Positions 1 to 12,886 of a DNA stretch of 64,000 bases are shown here, piece by piece (within the stretch, counting starts at the first letter, position 1; the number at the start of each line of letters is the position of its first letter). The notes beneath the pieces were generated by a model that was given only the letters and a program-made list of their open reading frames with translations, had not been told where the DNA came from and searched no databases. The position numbers and the translations under genes are program-made. Origin of the DNA: Pristiophorus japonicus (taxonomy: Eukaryota). The stretch covers positions 13,702,001-13,766,000 of the forward strand of contig NC_091995.1 in NCBI RefSeq assembly GCF_044704955.1, written 5' to 3'.

Positions 1-170
1 TTTACCGCCGTTTTCCTCTCCTCGACATTTTTCTCTTGGGCTGGAGCGGGAAGGAGGTGAGCACCACCAGGAACTGCCCGCTGACGTCCTCTGGTGGCCA
101 AGTCGCGTAAGTGACCTCCCGCCCGCTGAGGTGCCAGATTGGTGCAGGCGGGAGTCGGCGGGAGTCTCTA

Positions 171-277
171 TAATGGGGTACTGAAGTTGAATGTTCAGCC
201 ATGAACTCATTGAATGGCGGTGCAGGCTAGAAGGGCCGAATGGCCTACTCCTGCACCTATTTTCTATGTTTCTATGT
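171..277 (+). mobile_element. CR1 LINE 3' end fragment (3' UTR and tail)
   Basis: GGGGTACTGAAGTTG...GGCCGAATGGCCTACTCCTGCACCTATTTTCTATGTTTCTATGT is nearly identical to the 3' ends of the longer CR1 copies in the window (e.g. 41390-41499). Confidence 0.85.
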
Positions 278-683
278 CAGGGGGAAGGACCGCTGTGAGG
301 AGGCTGTTCTTACCCCGATGGTAAGAACAGGGTAAAGACCTGCAAAAGAAGATTAGTGAACATCTTTAAAACACTTTTTTTACAGCGACTTACCTGGGTG
401 GGGTCCACTGTAGGTATTCCGGTGAGTTTTTTTTGTGATGTTTTTACTTTTCAGGCCTTCCGTCCTCCCTATGCCCGACTCCATCCTCAGCGGCACTTGG
501 GCGGCAAGCTCCCGCCTGCTGCCACCCAGATTGACGGCGTAAGCCATTGTTTTACCGCTGGGCGCTACTGCCACCTCTTTTGGAGGAACCTTTCAGGCAA
601 AGTACTTCCCGGTCTCTCAGCAGCCATCGGCAGTCCTTTGGGTGGCAAATGGGTGGGCCTTGCAGCTCATGAAAAGCGGGGCC

Positions 684-890
684 TAGGTGTGGTCTCACCA
701 ATACCCTGTACAGTTGTAGCAGGACTTCTCTACTTTGATACTTTATCCCCCTTGCAATAAAGGCCAACATTCTATTTGCCTTTCTGATTATTTGTTTTAC
801 CTGCATACTCACTTTTTGTATTTCATGCACAAGGACCCCAGGTCACTCTGCACTGCAGCATTTTGTTAGCTCTCTACATTTAAATAATAT
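684..890 (-). mobile_element. CR1 ORF2 C-terminal fragment
   Basis: Translates to QVKQIIRKANRMLAFIARGIKYQSREVLLQLYRVLVRPHL, the CR1 post-RT region seen in other copies. Confidence 0.8.
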
Positions 891-2502
891 AGTCTGGGCG
901 AGGACACTGGTGTTGGTGCACCTGTCCTCCCAGGGGATTTGCAGGATCTTGCGGAGACATCGTTGGTGATGTATCTCCAGCAACTTGAGATGTCTTCTGT
1001 ACGTCGTCCATGCCTCTGATCCATACAGGAGGAAGGGTATTACTACAGCCCTGTAGACCTTGAGCTTGGTGGTAGATTTGAGGGCCTGGTCTTCGAATAC
1101 TCTTTTCCTCAGGTGCACTGGCGCACTGGAGGCGATGTGGAATCTCCGCATCAATGTCTGTCTTTGTTGATAAAAGGCTCCCGAGGTGTGGGAAGTGGTC
1201 CACATCGTCGAAGGCCGTGCAGTGAATCTTGATGACTGAGGGCAGTGCTGTGCGGTGAGGACAGGCTGATGGAGGACCTTTCTCTTACGGATGTTAAGCG
1301 TAAGGCCCATTCTTTCATATGCCTCGGTGAATATATTGACTATATCCTGGAGTTCAGCCTCAGGATGTGCTCGGACGCAGGCATTGCCCACGTACTGCAG
1401 CTCAACGACAGAGGTCGGGGTGATCTTGGACCTGGCCTGGAGGCGGCGTAGGTTAAACAGGTTCCCACTGGTTCTGTAGTTTAGTTCCACTCCAGCGGCG
1501 AGCTTGTTGATTGTGAGGTGGAGCATGGCAGCGAGGAAGAATGAGAAGAGGGTTGGGGCGATGACACAGTCCTGTTTGACCCCGGTCCAGACGTGGATTG
1601 GGTCTGTAATGGAACCGCTGGTAAGGATCATGGCCTGCATCTCATCAAGGAGCAGGTGAAGGATATTGACAAACTTTTGGAGGCATCCAAAATGGAGAAT
1701 GATGCTCCATAAGCCCTCACGGTTAACAGGCCTTTGTAAGATAGAAAAAGGCCATGTATAAGGGCTGGCGCTGCTCCCTGCATTTTTTCTACAGCTGTCG
1801 CGCTACAAAGATGATGTCGGTTTTGCCCTGTAGGAGTTGAAATCCACACTGTGATTCCGGGAGAAGCTTCTCGTCTACAGGGAGAAGGCGGTTGAGAAGA
1901 ACTCCAGTGACAACCTTCCCAGTGGTTGATAGCAGGGAGATTCCTCTGTAGTTGCCGCAGTCGGATTTGTCCCCCTTTTTAAAGATGGTCACGATCACTG
2001 CATCTCTGAGATCTCCCAGCATGCTCTCCTCCCTCCAAATGAAAGCGATGAGGTCATATATCCGCGCCAACAGCGCCTCTCCGCCATACTTTAGCGCCTC
2101 AGCAGGGATTCCATCCGCACCCGTAGCCTTGTTATACTTGAGTTGTTTCATGGCTTTGCCTACCTCATGCAACGTTGGGGTTTCACTGAGATGGTGGCGG
2201 GTCACATGTTGCGGGATGGAGTTGAGAACACTCGAGTCAAAGGCAGAGTCTCAGTTGAGGAGATCTTCAAAGTGCTCCTTCCAGCGGGCCCTGACAGCCT
2301 CGGTGTCCTTGATGAGTGTTTCCCTGTTCTTGGCCAGGAGTGGGATGCGGCCTTGGGAGTTTGGACCATAGGTGGCCTTGACTGCAATGAAGAATCCTCG
2401 CATATCGTGGCTGTCTGCCAGTCGTTGTATCTCCTGTGCTTTCTCCATCCACCACCTGTTCATCAGGTCCCGCGTTTTTTGTTGGACCTCAGCCTTGAGC
2501 CA
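891..2502 (-). mobile_element. RTE-clade LINE, RT half (degenerate); its 5' half is at 10150-11340
   Basis: Frameshifted peptides KATGADGIPAEALK, CGNYRGISLLS, TGVKQDCVIAPTLF, LQY(VGN, for ADD), LLYGSEAWT are typical of RTE reverse transcriptase. Confidence 0.85.
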
Positions 2503-2504
2503 TC

Positions 2505-3966
2505 CGCTTTGGGATACTGTTGAGGGGGATGATTCATCAGGGGAGGGCAGCAGCAGCCAAGTTAATGGCACCGTGGATGGCTCTGCTGCACAGGAGGGCA
2601 GGAAAAAGAATGTGAGAGCTATAGTGATAGGGGATTCAATTGTAAGGGGAATAGATAGGCGTTTCTGCGGCCGCAACCGAGACTCCAGGATGGTATGTTG
2701 CCTGCCTGGTGCAAGGGTCAAGGATGTCTCGGAGGGGGTGCAGGATATTCTGAAAAGGGAGTGTGAACAGCCAGTTGTCATGGTGCATATAGGTACCAAC
2801 GATATAGGTAAAAAATGGGATGAGGTCCTACGAGATAAATTTAGGGAGCTAGGAGCTAAATTAAAAAGTAGGACCTCAAAAGAAGTAATCTCAGGATTGC
2901 TACCAGTGCCACGTGCTAGTCAGAGTAGGAATTGCAGGATAGCTCAGATGAATACATGGCTTGAGGAGTGGTGCAAGAGGGAGGGATTCAAATTCCTGGG
3001 ACATTAGAACCGGTTCTGGGGGAGGTGGGACCAGTATAAACCGGATGGTCTGCACCTGGGCAGGACTGGACCAATATCCGAGGGGGAGTGTTTGATAGTG
3101 CTGTTGGGCAGGAGTTAAACTAACATGGCAGGAGGATGGGAACCGATGCAGGGAGACAGAGGGAAATAAAATGGAGGCAGAAGCAAAAGATAGAAAGGAG
3201 AATAGTAAAAGTGGAGGGCAGAGAAACCCAAGGCAAAAAACAAAAACAAAAAGGGCCACATTACAGCAAAATTCTAAAGGGACAAATTGTGTTAGAAAGA
3301 CAAGCCTGAAAGCTCTGTGCCTCAATGCGAGGAGCATTCGGAATAAGGTGGACAAATTAACTGCGCAGATAGCAGTTAACGGATATGATGTAATTGGGAT
3401 CACGGAGACATGGCTCCAGGGTCACCAAGGCTGGGAACTCAACATCCCAGGGTATTCCACATTTAGGAAGGTTAGACAGAAAGGAAAAAGAGGCGGGGTG
3501 GCGCTGCTGGTTAAAGAGGAAATTAAGGCAATAGTAAGGAAGGACATTAGCCTGGATGATGTGGAATCTGTATGGGTGAAGCTGCAGAATACCAAAGGGC
3601 AGAAAACGCTAGTGGGAGTTGTGTACAGACTACCAAACAATAGTAGTGAAGTTGGGGACAGCATCAAACAAGAAATTAGGGATGCATGCAATAAAGGTAC
3701 AGCAGTTATCATGTGCGACTTTAATCTACATATTGATTGGGCTAACCAAACTGGTAGCAATACAGTGGAGGAGGATTTCCTGGAGTGTATTAGGGATGGT
3801 TTTCTAGACCAATATGTCGAGGAACCAACTAGAAGGATGGCCATCCTAGACTGGGTGATGTGTAATGAGAAGGGACTAATTAGCAATCTTGTTGTGCGAG
3901 GTCCCTTGGGGAAGAGTGACCATAATATTATAGAATTCTTTATTAAGATGGAGAGTGACACAGTTA
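2505..3966 (+). mobile_element. CR1 LINE, left part (ORF1 SGNH esterase domain and ORF2 APE endonuclease)
   Basis: VIGDSIVR...HIGTND esterase motifs, then LNARSI, GITETW and SDHN endonuclease motifs; interrupted at GACACAGTTA by an antisense CR1. Confidence 0.9.
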
Positions 3967-5778
3967 GAAACATAGAAACATAGAAAATAGGTGCAGGAGC
4001 AGGCCATTCAGCCCTTCTAGCCTGCACCGCCATTCAATGAGTTCATGGCTGAACATGCAACTTCAGTACCCCATTCCTGCTTTCTCACCATACCCCTTGA
4101 TTCCCCTAGTAGTAAGGACTTCATCTAACTCCTTTTTGAATATATTTAGTGAATTGGCCTCAACAACTTTCTGTGGTAGAGAATTCCACAGGTTCACCAC
4201 TCTCTGGGTGAAGAAATTCCTCCTCATCTCGGTCCTAAATGGCTTCCCCCTTATCCTTAGACTGTGTCCCCTGGTTCTGGACTTCCCCAACATTGGGAAC
4301 ATTCTTCCTGCATCTAACCTGTCTAACCCTGTCAGAATTTTAAACGTTTCTATGAGGTCCCCTCTCATTCTTCTGAACTCCAGTGAATACAAGCCCAGTT
4401 GATCCAGTCTTTCTTGATAGGTCAGTCCCGCCATCCCGGGAATCAGTCTGGTGAACCTTCGCTGCACTCCCTCAATAGCAAGAATGTCCTTCCTCAGGTT
4501 AGGAGACCAAAACTGTACACAATACTCCAGGTGTGGCCTCACCAAGGCCCTGTACAATTGTAGCAACACCTCCCTGCTCTTGTACTCAAATCCCCTCGCT
4601 ATGAAGGCCAACATGCCATTTGCTTTCTTAACCGCCTGCTGTACCTGCATGCCAACCTTCAATGACTGATGTACCATGACACCCAGGTCTCTTTGCACCT
4701 CCCCTTTTCCTAATCTGTCACCATTCAGATAATAGTCTGTCTCTCTGTTTTTACCACCAAAGTGGATAACCTCACATTTATCCACATTATACTTCATCTG
4801 CCATGCATTTGCCCCCTCACCTAACCTATCCAAGTCGCTCTGCAGCCTCATAGAATCCTCCTTGCAGCTCACACTGCCACCGCAAATTTGGAGATACTAC
4901 ATTTAATCCCATTAATGTACAGTGTAAACAGCTGGGGCCCCAGCACAGAACCTTGCGGTACCCCACTAGTCACTGCCTGCTATTCTGAAAAGTCCCCATT
5001 TACTCCTACTCTTTGCTTCCTGTCTGACAACCAGTTCTCAATCCATGTCAGCACACTACCCCCAATCCCATGTGCTTTAACTTTGCACATTAATCTCTTG
5101 TGTGGGACCTTGTCGAAAGCCTTCTGAAAGTCCAAATATACCACATCAACTGGTTCTCCCTTGTCCACTCTACTGGAAACATCCTCAAAAAATTCCAGAA
5201 GATTTGTCAAGCATGATTTCCCTTTCACAAATCCATGCTGACTTGGACCTATCATATTACCTCTTTCCAAATGCACTGCTATGACATCCTTAATAATTGA
5301 TTCCATCATTTTACCCACTACCGATGTCAGGCTGACCGGTCTGTACTTCCCTGTTTTCTCTCTCCCTCCTTTTTTAAAAAGTGGGGTTACATTGGCTACC
5401 CTCCACTCGATAGGAACTGATCCAGAGTCAATGGAATGTTGGAAAATGACTGTCAATGCATCCACTATTTCCAAGGCCACCTCCTTAAGTACTCTGGGAT
5501 GCAGTCCATCAGGCCCTGGGGATTTATCGGCCTTCAATCCCATCAATTTCCCCAACACAATTTCCCGACTAATAAGGATTTCCCTCAGTTCCTCCTCCTT
5601 ACTAGACCCTCCGACCCCTTTTATATCCGGAAGGTTGTTTGTGTCCTCCTCAGTGAATACCGAACCAAAGTACTTGTTCAATTGGTCCGCCATTTCTTTG
5701 TTCCCCGTTATGACTTCCCCTGATTCTGACTGCAGGGGACCTACGTTTGTCTTTACTAACCTTTTTCTCTTTACATAT
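3967..5778 (-). mobile_element. 5'-truncated CR1 nested antisense inside another CR1
   Basis: Begins with the reverse-complemented tail GAAACATAGAAACATAG; RT motifs [22 protein letters not shown]; the host reading ...ESDTV|NSETRV resumes at 5779. Confidence 0.9.
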
Positions 5779-8008
5779 TAATTCGGAAACTAGGGTCCTG
5801 AACTTAAGGAAAGGTAACTTCGACGGTGTGAGGCGTGAATTGGCTAGAATAGACTGGCAAAGGATACTTAAAGGATCGACGGTGGATAAGCAATGGCAAA
5901 CATTTAAAGATCACATGGATGAACTTCAGCAATTGTACATCCCTATCTGGAGTAAAAGTAAAACGGGGAAGGTGGCTCAACCATGGCTAACAAGGGAAAT
6001 TAAGGATAGTGTTAAAACCAAGGAAGAGGCATAAAAATTAGCCAGAAAAAGCAACAAACCTAAGGACTGGGAGAAATTTAGAATTCAACAGAGGTTTAAT
6101 TAGGAGGGAGAAAATAGAGTACGAGAAGAAGCTTGCAGGGAACATAAAAACTGACTGCAAAAGCTTCTATAGATATGCGAAGAGAAAAAGATTAGTGAAG
6201 ACAAACGTAGGTCCCTTGCAGTCAGATTCAGATTAATTTATAATGGGGAACAAAGAAATGGCAGACCAATTGAACAAATATTTTAGTTCTGTCTTCATGA
6301 AGGAAGACACAAATAATCTTCCGAATGCACTAGGGGACAGTGGGTCGAGTGAGAAGGAGGAACTGGAGGATAGCCTTATAAAGCGGGAAATTGTGTTAGG
6401 GAAATTGATGGGATTGAAGGCCGATAAATCCCCGGGGCCTGATAGTCTGCATCCCAGATTAATTAAGGAAGTGGCCCTAGAAATAGTGGATACATTGGTG
6501 ATCATTTTCCAACAGTCTATTGACTCTGGATCAGTTCCCATCGACTGGAGGGTAGCTAATGTAACACCACTTTTTCAAAAAGGAGGGAGAGAGAAAACGG
6601 GTAATTATAGACCGGTTGGCCTGACATCAGTAGTGGGGAAAATGTTGGAATCAATCATTAAGAATGAAATAGCAGCGCATTTGGAAAGCAGTGACAGGAT
6701 CGGTCCAAGTCTGCATGGATTTATGAAAGGGAAATCATGCTTGACGAATCTTCTGGAATTTTTTGAGGATGTAAATAGCAGAGTGGACAAGGGAGAACCA
6801 GTAGATGTGGTGTATTTGGACTTTCTAAAGGCTTTTGACAAGGTCCCGCACAAGACGTTGTTGTGCAAAATTAAAGCACATGGTATTGGGGGTAATGTAT
6901 TGATGTGGATAGAGAACTGGTTGGCAGACAAGAAGCAGAGAGTTGGGATAAACGGGTCCTTTTCAGAATGGCAGGCAGTGACTAGTGGAGTGCCGCAGGG
7001 CTCAGTGCTGGGACCCCAGCTCTTTACAATATACATTAACAATTTAGATGAAGGAATTGAGTGTAATATCTCCAAGTTTGCAGATGACACTAAACTGGGT
7101 GGCGGTGTGAGCTGTGAGGAGGATGCTAAGAGGCTGCAGGGTGACTTGGACAGGTTAGGTGAGTGGGCAAATGCATGGCAGATGCAGTATAATATGGATA
7201 AATGTGAGGTTATCCATTTTGGGGGCAAAAACACGAAGGCAGAATATTATCTGAATGGCGGCAGATTAGGAAAAGGGGAGGTGCAACGAGACCTGGGTGT
7301 CATGGTTCATCAGTCATTGAAAGTTGGCATGCAGGTACAGCAGGCGGTGAAGAAGGCAAATGGTATGTTGGCCTTCATAGCTCGGGATTTGAATATAGGA
7401 GCAGGGAGGTCTTACTGCAGTTGTACAGGGCCTTGGTGAGGCCTCACCTGGAATATTGTGTTCAGTTTTGGTCTCCTAATCTGAGGAAGGACGTTCTTGC
7501 TATTGAGGGAGTGCAGCGAAGGCTCACCAGACTGATTCCAGGGATGGCTGGACTGACATATGAGGAGAGACTGGATCAACTGGGCCTTTATTCACTGGAG
7601 TTTAGAAGGATGAGAGGGGATCTCATAGAAACGTATAAGATTCTGACAGGACTGGACAGGTTAGATGCGGGAAGAATGTTCCAGATGTTGGGGAAGTCCA
7701 GAACCAGGGGACATAGTCTTAGGACAAGGGGTAGGCCATTTAGGATTGAGATAAGGAGAAACTTCTTCACTCAGAGAGTTGTTAACCCATGGAATTCCCT
7801 GCCACAGAGAGTTGTTGATGCCAGTTCATTGAATATATTCAGGAGGGAGTTAGATATCGCCCTTACGGCTAAAGGGATCAAGGGGTATGGAGAGAAAGCA
7901 GGAAAGGAGTACTGAGGTGAATGATCAGCCATGATCTTATTGAATGGTGGTGCAGGCTCGAAGGGCCGAATGGCCTATTCCTGCACCTATTTTTCTATGT
8001 TTCTATGT
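5779..8008 (+). mobile_element. CR1 LINE, right part (RT and 3' tail)
   Basis: 398-aa ORF with [10 protein letters not shown] and KFADD motifs; ends in TTTCTATGTTTCTATGT. Confidence 0.9.
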
Positions 8009-8009
8009 C

Positions 8010-8367
8010 TGTAACGTTGCTTTGCAGCTCCCGAGTTGGCTTGTTGCTTGAGGCTCAAAAATGCTCTGCGCTTACATAAAAACGGTTGACCACGAAGCAG
8101 AACCCATCATCCACAGCAGCCCTGCAGGGCCCAACACACCAGGCAGCCCAGCAAGGCCAGCTGCAGAGCAGCCCAGCGAGGGCCCAACAAATGATTCATG
8201 GCTCATCCCCTGGAGTCCCAAGGGATCCCAGAATCCCTTGGGAGCACAGGTATTTAAGGAGGCCTCACAGGTTGGAGAGGCACTCTGGAGATCTGCAATA
8301 AAAGACTAAGGTCACACTTTCCTTTGAGCTCACAGTGTTCAGTCTAACTCTTTCTCCATACACTACA
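8010..8367 (+). mobile_element. Putative solo LTR of an LTR retrotransposon
   Basis: About 358 bp bounded by TGTAAC...CACTACA (TG...CA), with a TATA-like GTATTTAA near 8250 and AATAAA near 8298. No clear TSD seen. Confidence 0.5.
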
Positions 8368-9636
8368 AGCCCCTCGAGCCCATTACTTAGGAACAGGAGG
8401 AGGTCCATTTAGCATCTTGAATCTGTTACCATAGGAACAGGAAGAGGCCCAATTTAGCACCTAGAGCCTGTTACACAGGAACCGGAGGAGACCATTCAGC
8501 CCCTTGAGCCTGTTACCATAGGAACAGGAGGAGGCCAATTAAGCCCCTTGAGCCTGTTACCATAGGAACAGGAGGAGGCCATTCAGTTCCTCGAGCCTGT
8601 TACATAAGAACAGGAGGAGGCCCATTTAGCATCTCAAGCATGTTATGTAGGATCAGGAGGTGGCCATTCAGCCCCTCGACCCTGTTACATCAGAACAGGA
8701 GGAGGCCCATTCAGCACCTCAAATCTGTTACCATAGGAACAGGAGTAGGCCCATTCAGCGCCTCGAGCCTGTTACAAAGGAATAGGAATTAGGCCCATTC
8801 AAGACCTGAAGCCCATTACATAGGAATAGGAGGAGGCCCATCCGGCCCCTCGAATCTGTTACATAGGAACAGGAGGAGGCTCATTTAGCCCCTGGAGGCC
8901 ATTACCTAGGAGAGGAGGAGGCCCATTCGGACCCTCAAATGTGTTATGTAGGAACAGGAGGAGGACCATTCAGCCCCTCGAGCCTGTTACATAGGAACAG
9001 GAGGAGGCCCATTTAGCACCTCAAGCCTGTTACGTAGGAACAGGAGGAGGCCCATTCAGCCCCACCAGTCTGTTATATAGGAACAGGAGGAGGCCCATCA
9101 ATCCCCTCAAGCCTGTTACGTAGGAAAAGGAGGAGGCCCATTCAGCCCCTCGAGCCTGTTATGTAGGAAAAGGAGGAGGCCCATTCAGCCCCTCGAGCCT
9201 GTTACGTAGGAACAGGAGGAGGCCCTGTCAACCTCTCGAGCCTGTTACATAGGAACAGGAGGAGGCACAGTCAGCCCCTCGAGCTGGTTACATAGGAACA
9301 GGAGAGAGTCCCATTCTGCCTCTGGAACACGTTATGTAGGAACAGGAGGAGGCCCATTTAGACCCTCAAGCCTGTTACATAGGAAGAGAAGGAGGCACAT
9401 TCAGCCCCTTGAGCCTGTTACATAGGAACAGGAGGTGGCCCAGTCAGCCACTCGAGCCTATTAGATAGGAACAGGAGGAGGCCCATTCAGTCCCTCGAGC
9501 CTGCTACATAGGAAGAGGAGGAGGCCCAATAAGTTTCTCGAATCAGTTACATAGGAACAGGAGGAGGCCCATTCAGCCCGTTAAACCTGTTACGTAGGAC
9601 CAGGGGGAGACCCATTCAGGCTCTTGAGTCTGTTAC
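8368..9636. repeat. 43-bp minisatellite (~29 copies) derived from the CR1 3' end
   Basis: Unit CATAGGAACAGGAGGAGGCCCATTCAGCCCCTCGAGCCTGTTA; 43-nt period read at 9121 to 9164; no unique spacers. Confidence 0.9.
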
Positions 9637-10150
9637 ATGGATGAACTTCAACAATTGTGCATCCCAGTCTGGAGTAAAAGTAAAAAGGGGAAGGTGGCTC
9701 AACCGTGGCAAACAAGGGAAATTAGGGATAGAGTTAAATCCAAGAAAGAGGCATATAAATTGGCGAGAAAAAGCAGGATACCTGAGGACTGGGAGAAATT
9801 TAGAATTCAGCAGAGGAAGACAAAGTGTCTAATTAGAAGAGGGAAAATAAAGTATGAGAGGAATCTTGCATGGAACATAAAAACTGACTGCAAAAGCATC
9901 TGTAGATATATGAAGAGAAAAAGATTAGTGAAGACTAACGTAGGTCCTTTGCAGACAGAATCAGGTGAATTCCCAATGGGAAACAAATAAATGGCAGACA
10001 ATTGAACAAATACTTTGGATCTGTCTTCACTAAGGAAGACACAAATAACCTTCCGGAAATACTAGGGGTTTGAGGTTCTAGCGAAAAGAAGCAACTGAAG
10101 GAAATCCTTATTCGTCAGGAAATTGTATTAAGGAAATTGATGGGATTGAA
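9633..10150 (+). mobile_element. CR1 ORF2 internal fragment
   Basis: MDELQQLCIPVWSK...[14 protein letters not shown], matching other CR1 copies. Confidence 0.85.
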
Positions 10151-11340
10151 CGATCTATTAGTTCTTGGATCTCCTGATCATTTTCATCAAACCAGTCCTG
10201 AGTAACCAAGTGTCTCTTCACAGGCACTGGTTATGGAGACCTGGAGGGCAGACCAAGTGCTGTGGGCATTCAGCATCTCAGGGTCGTCAAGGCACGCCAG
10301 ATTAGCTGTGAGGCGCTGGCTGTATAGGACTCTCTTAGCTGGGTCTTTAAGTGCCCCGGAATTAACTTTATTGTGGCGCTGCTTCTGCTGTCCCCTCTGC
10401 TTTGGGGCTATGGTTATATTGATGATGGATCGGATTAGGCAATGGTCCGTCCAGCAGTCATTAGCTCCTGTCATGGCGCGGGTGCTGCGCACATCTTTGC
10501 GATCCCTGGCTCAAACGATGACATAGTCGAGCAGATGCCAGCGTTTGGAGCGAGGGTGTTGCCACGATGCCTTGTATGTGTCCCTCTGGCAGAACAGGGT
10601 GTTGGTAATGAGGAGTTCGTGTTCTAGACATTTTGTCAGGAGTAGGGTACCACTGGAGTTGGCTTTCCCTACCCCCTCTCTGCCAATCACGTCTCCCCAG
10701 AGGGCTGTGTCTTTCCCGACCCTGGCATTAAAATCACCGAGGAGGATCAGTTAGTTGCCTGTTGGGACGCGGGACAGGGATGTTTCGAAGTTGGAATAAA
10801 AACCCTCTTTAGACTCATCTGTTGCATCGAGTGTTGGGGTGTACGCACTGATGATTGTGGCGCATTGGTTCCGGGATAGAGTAATGCGAAGAGTCATGAG
10901 GTGCTCATTAACCCCGCAAGGGGAGTCTTTGAGGCGGTCGACCAGTTCATTTTTGACTGCGAAGCCGACTCCATGAATGCAGCGGTCTTCTTCCTCTGGT
11001 TTTCCTTTCCAGAAAAAGGTGTAACCTCCACCATGTTCCTTGAGCTGGCTTTCCCCTGCCCACCGGGTCTCACTTAGGGCGGCGATGCCAATGTCAAAAA
11101 GTCTAAGTTCCTGGGCAATTATGGCGGTGCGGCGTTCCGGCTTGTTGCTGTTGGAATTGTCCAAGTGGGTCCTGACGTTGTAGGTCCCAAACCTCATATT
11201 GGCGAAGTGGAAGATGCCTGTACGTGAGCTCTTTTAACGTGCACACCGGCAACCACACGGGCTTAGCTGAGCAAGGTCTTGGTCGAGTGGCAAGGGGGTC
11301 GAAGCCGACTGGAGACCAGGCACTGCTGTATGGGCCTAAT
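10150..11340 (-). mobile_element. RTE-clade LINE 5' half (5' UTR and APE endonuclease)
   Basis: MRFGTYNVRT...IAALSETR...SAYTPT...TDH...DWFDENDQEIQELID; collinear with the RT half at 891-2502. Confidence 0.85.
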
Positions 11341-11919
11341 TGCCTACGGCGAGGTGTTGGCCGCAAACTCGCCGCCGAGTAGCGCCATTGATGGTAGGTG
11401 GCCCCAGACTTGGTTGGAGGGCAGCATTAGGAAGGTCAACTGTCCGCTGGGGTTCTGAGGGATGTTTCGGAAAGTTTCTTCCAAGGTTAAAGATTTCCCC
11501 AAAGGTTTCCAAGTTGTTTTAAAAATTTAGGAGTTTAAAAGTATTTCCAAATATATTTTTAAAAAGTTACACAGGTTTAATAAATAGATTAAAAGTTTGT
11601 TAAAAGTTGATTAAAAAAAATCTAAAATGTAAATCAAGTTGTTAGTGTTCACCGCTGGCGACCTCGGGCAGGTTGAGGTGACCCGGAGTACGAGGCTAGG
11701 TCGGGTCCTCTGGCTAAAGGGACCTGGAGTACGAGGTTGGGTCAGGCCTGGGATTGCAGCGGGCCGTGAGTGGGGAGGCCATTCGGCCTGGGATTGCAGC
11801 GGGCCAAGGCTTTCGGGCCCCCGGCGGCGTCCAGGCATTCGGGCCCCCTTTGGAGATGACTGGACTACTACATCCCTACAGTGCTCCAGGTGTGGTCTAG
11901 CCAGGACTTTGTACATCAT

Positions 11920-12886
11920 GGGAGTCCCTTCGGCCAGCCGACCCGGCCCAACGACACAATCCGGGTTCCTTCGGCCAGCCGGTCCAGCCCAACGACACAC
12001 TCCAGGTCCCTTCGGCCAGCCGGCCCAGCCCAATGACACACTCTGGGTCCCTTCGGCCAGCCGGCCCAGCCCAACGACACATTCTGGGTCCCTTCGGCCA
12101 GCCAGCCCAGCCCAACGACACACTCCAGGTCCCTTCGGCCAGCCGGCCCGGCCCAACGACACAATCCGGGTTCCTTCGGCCAGCCGGTCCAGCCCAACGA
12201 CACACTCCAGGTCCCTTCGGCCAGCCGGCCCGGCCCAACGACACAATCCGGGTTCCTTCGGCCAGCCGGTCCAGCCCAACGACACACTCCGGGTCCCTTC
12301 GGCCAGCCAGCCCAGCCCAACGACACACTCCAGGTCCCTTCGGCCAGCCGGCCCGGCCCAACGACACAATCCGGGTTCCTTCGGCCAGCCGAACGACACA
12401 CTCCAGGTCCCTTCGGCCAGCCGGCCCGGCCCAACGACACAATCCGGGTTCCTTCGGCCAGCCGGTCCAGCCCAACGACACACTCCGGGTCCCTTCGGCC
12501 AGCCGGCCCAGCCCAACGATACACTCCGGGTCCCTTCGGCCAGCCGGCCCAGCCCAACGACACACTCTGGGTCCCTTCGGCCAGCCGGCCCAGCCCAACG
12601 ACACACTCCGGGTCTCTTCGGCCAGCCAGCCCAGTCCAACGACACACTCCGGGTCCCTTCGGCCAGCCGGCCCAGCCCAACGACACACTCCGGGTCTCTT
12701 CGGCCAGCCGGCCCAGCCCAACGACACACTCTGGGTCCCTTCGGCCAGCCGGCCCAGCCCAACGACACACTCCGGGTCTCTTCGGCCAGCCGGCCAAGTC
12801 CAACGACACACTCTGGGTCCCTTCGGCCAGCCGGCCCAGTCCAACGACACACACTGGGTCCCTTCAGCCAGCCAGCCCAGCCCAAT
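11920..12886. repeat. GC-rich 41-bp minisatellite (~23 copies)
   Basis: Unit GGGTCCCTTCGGCCAGCCGGCCCAGCCCAACGACACACTCC; 41-nt period read at 12481 to 12522. Confidence 0.95.

Noticed and set aside
8368-9636. CRISPR-like array
   Set aside because: Units are contiguous with no unique spacers, there are no cas genes, and the context is eukaryotic; the unit derives from the CR1 3' end.
11200-11460. HDV-like ribozyme in the RTE 5' UTR
   Set aside because: Such ribozymes are known in some RTEs, but the nested double-pseudoknot pairings could not be assigned by eye; a descriptor or covariance search is needed.
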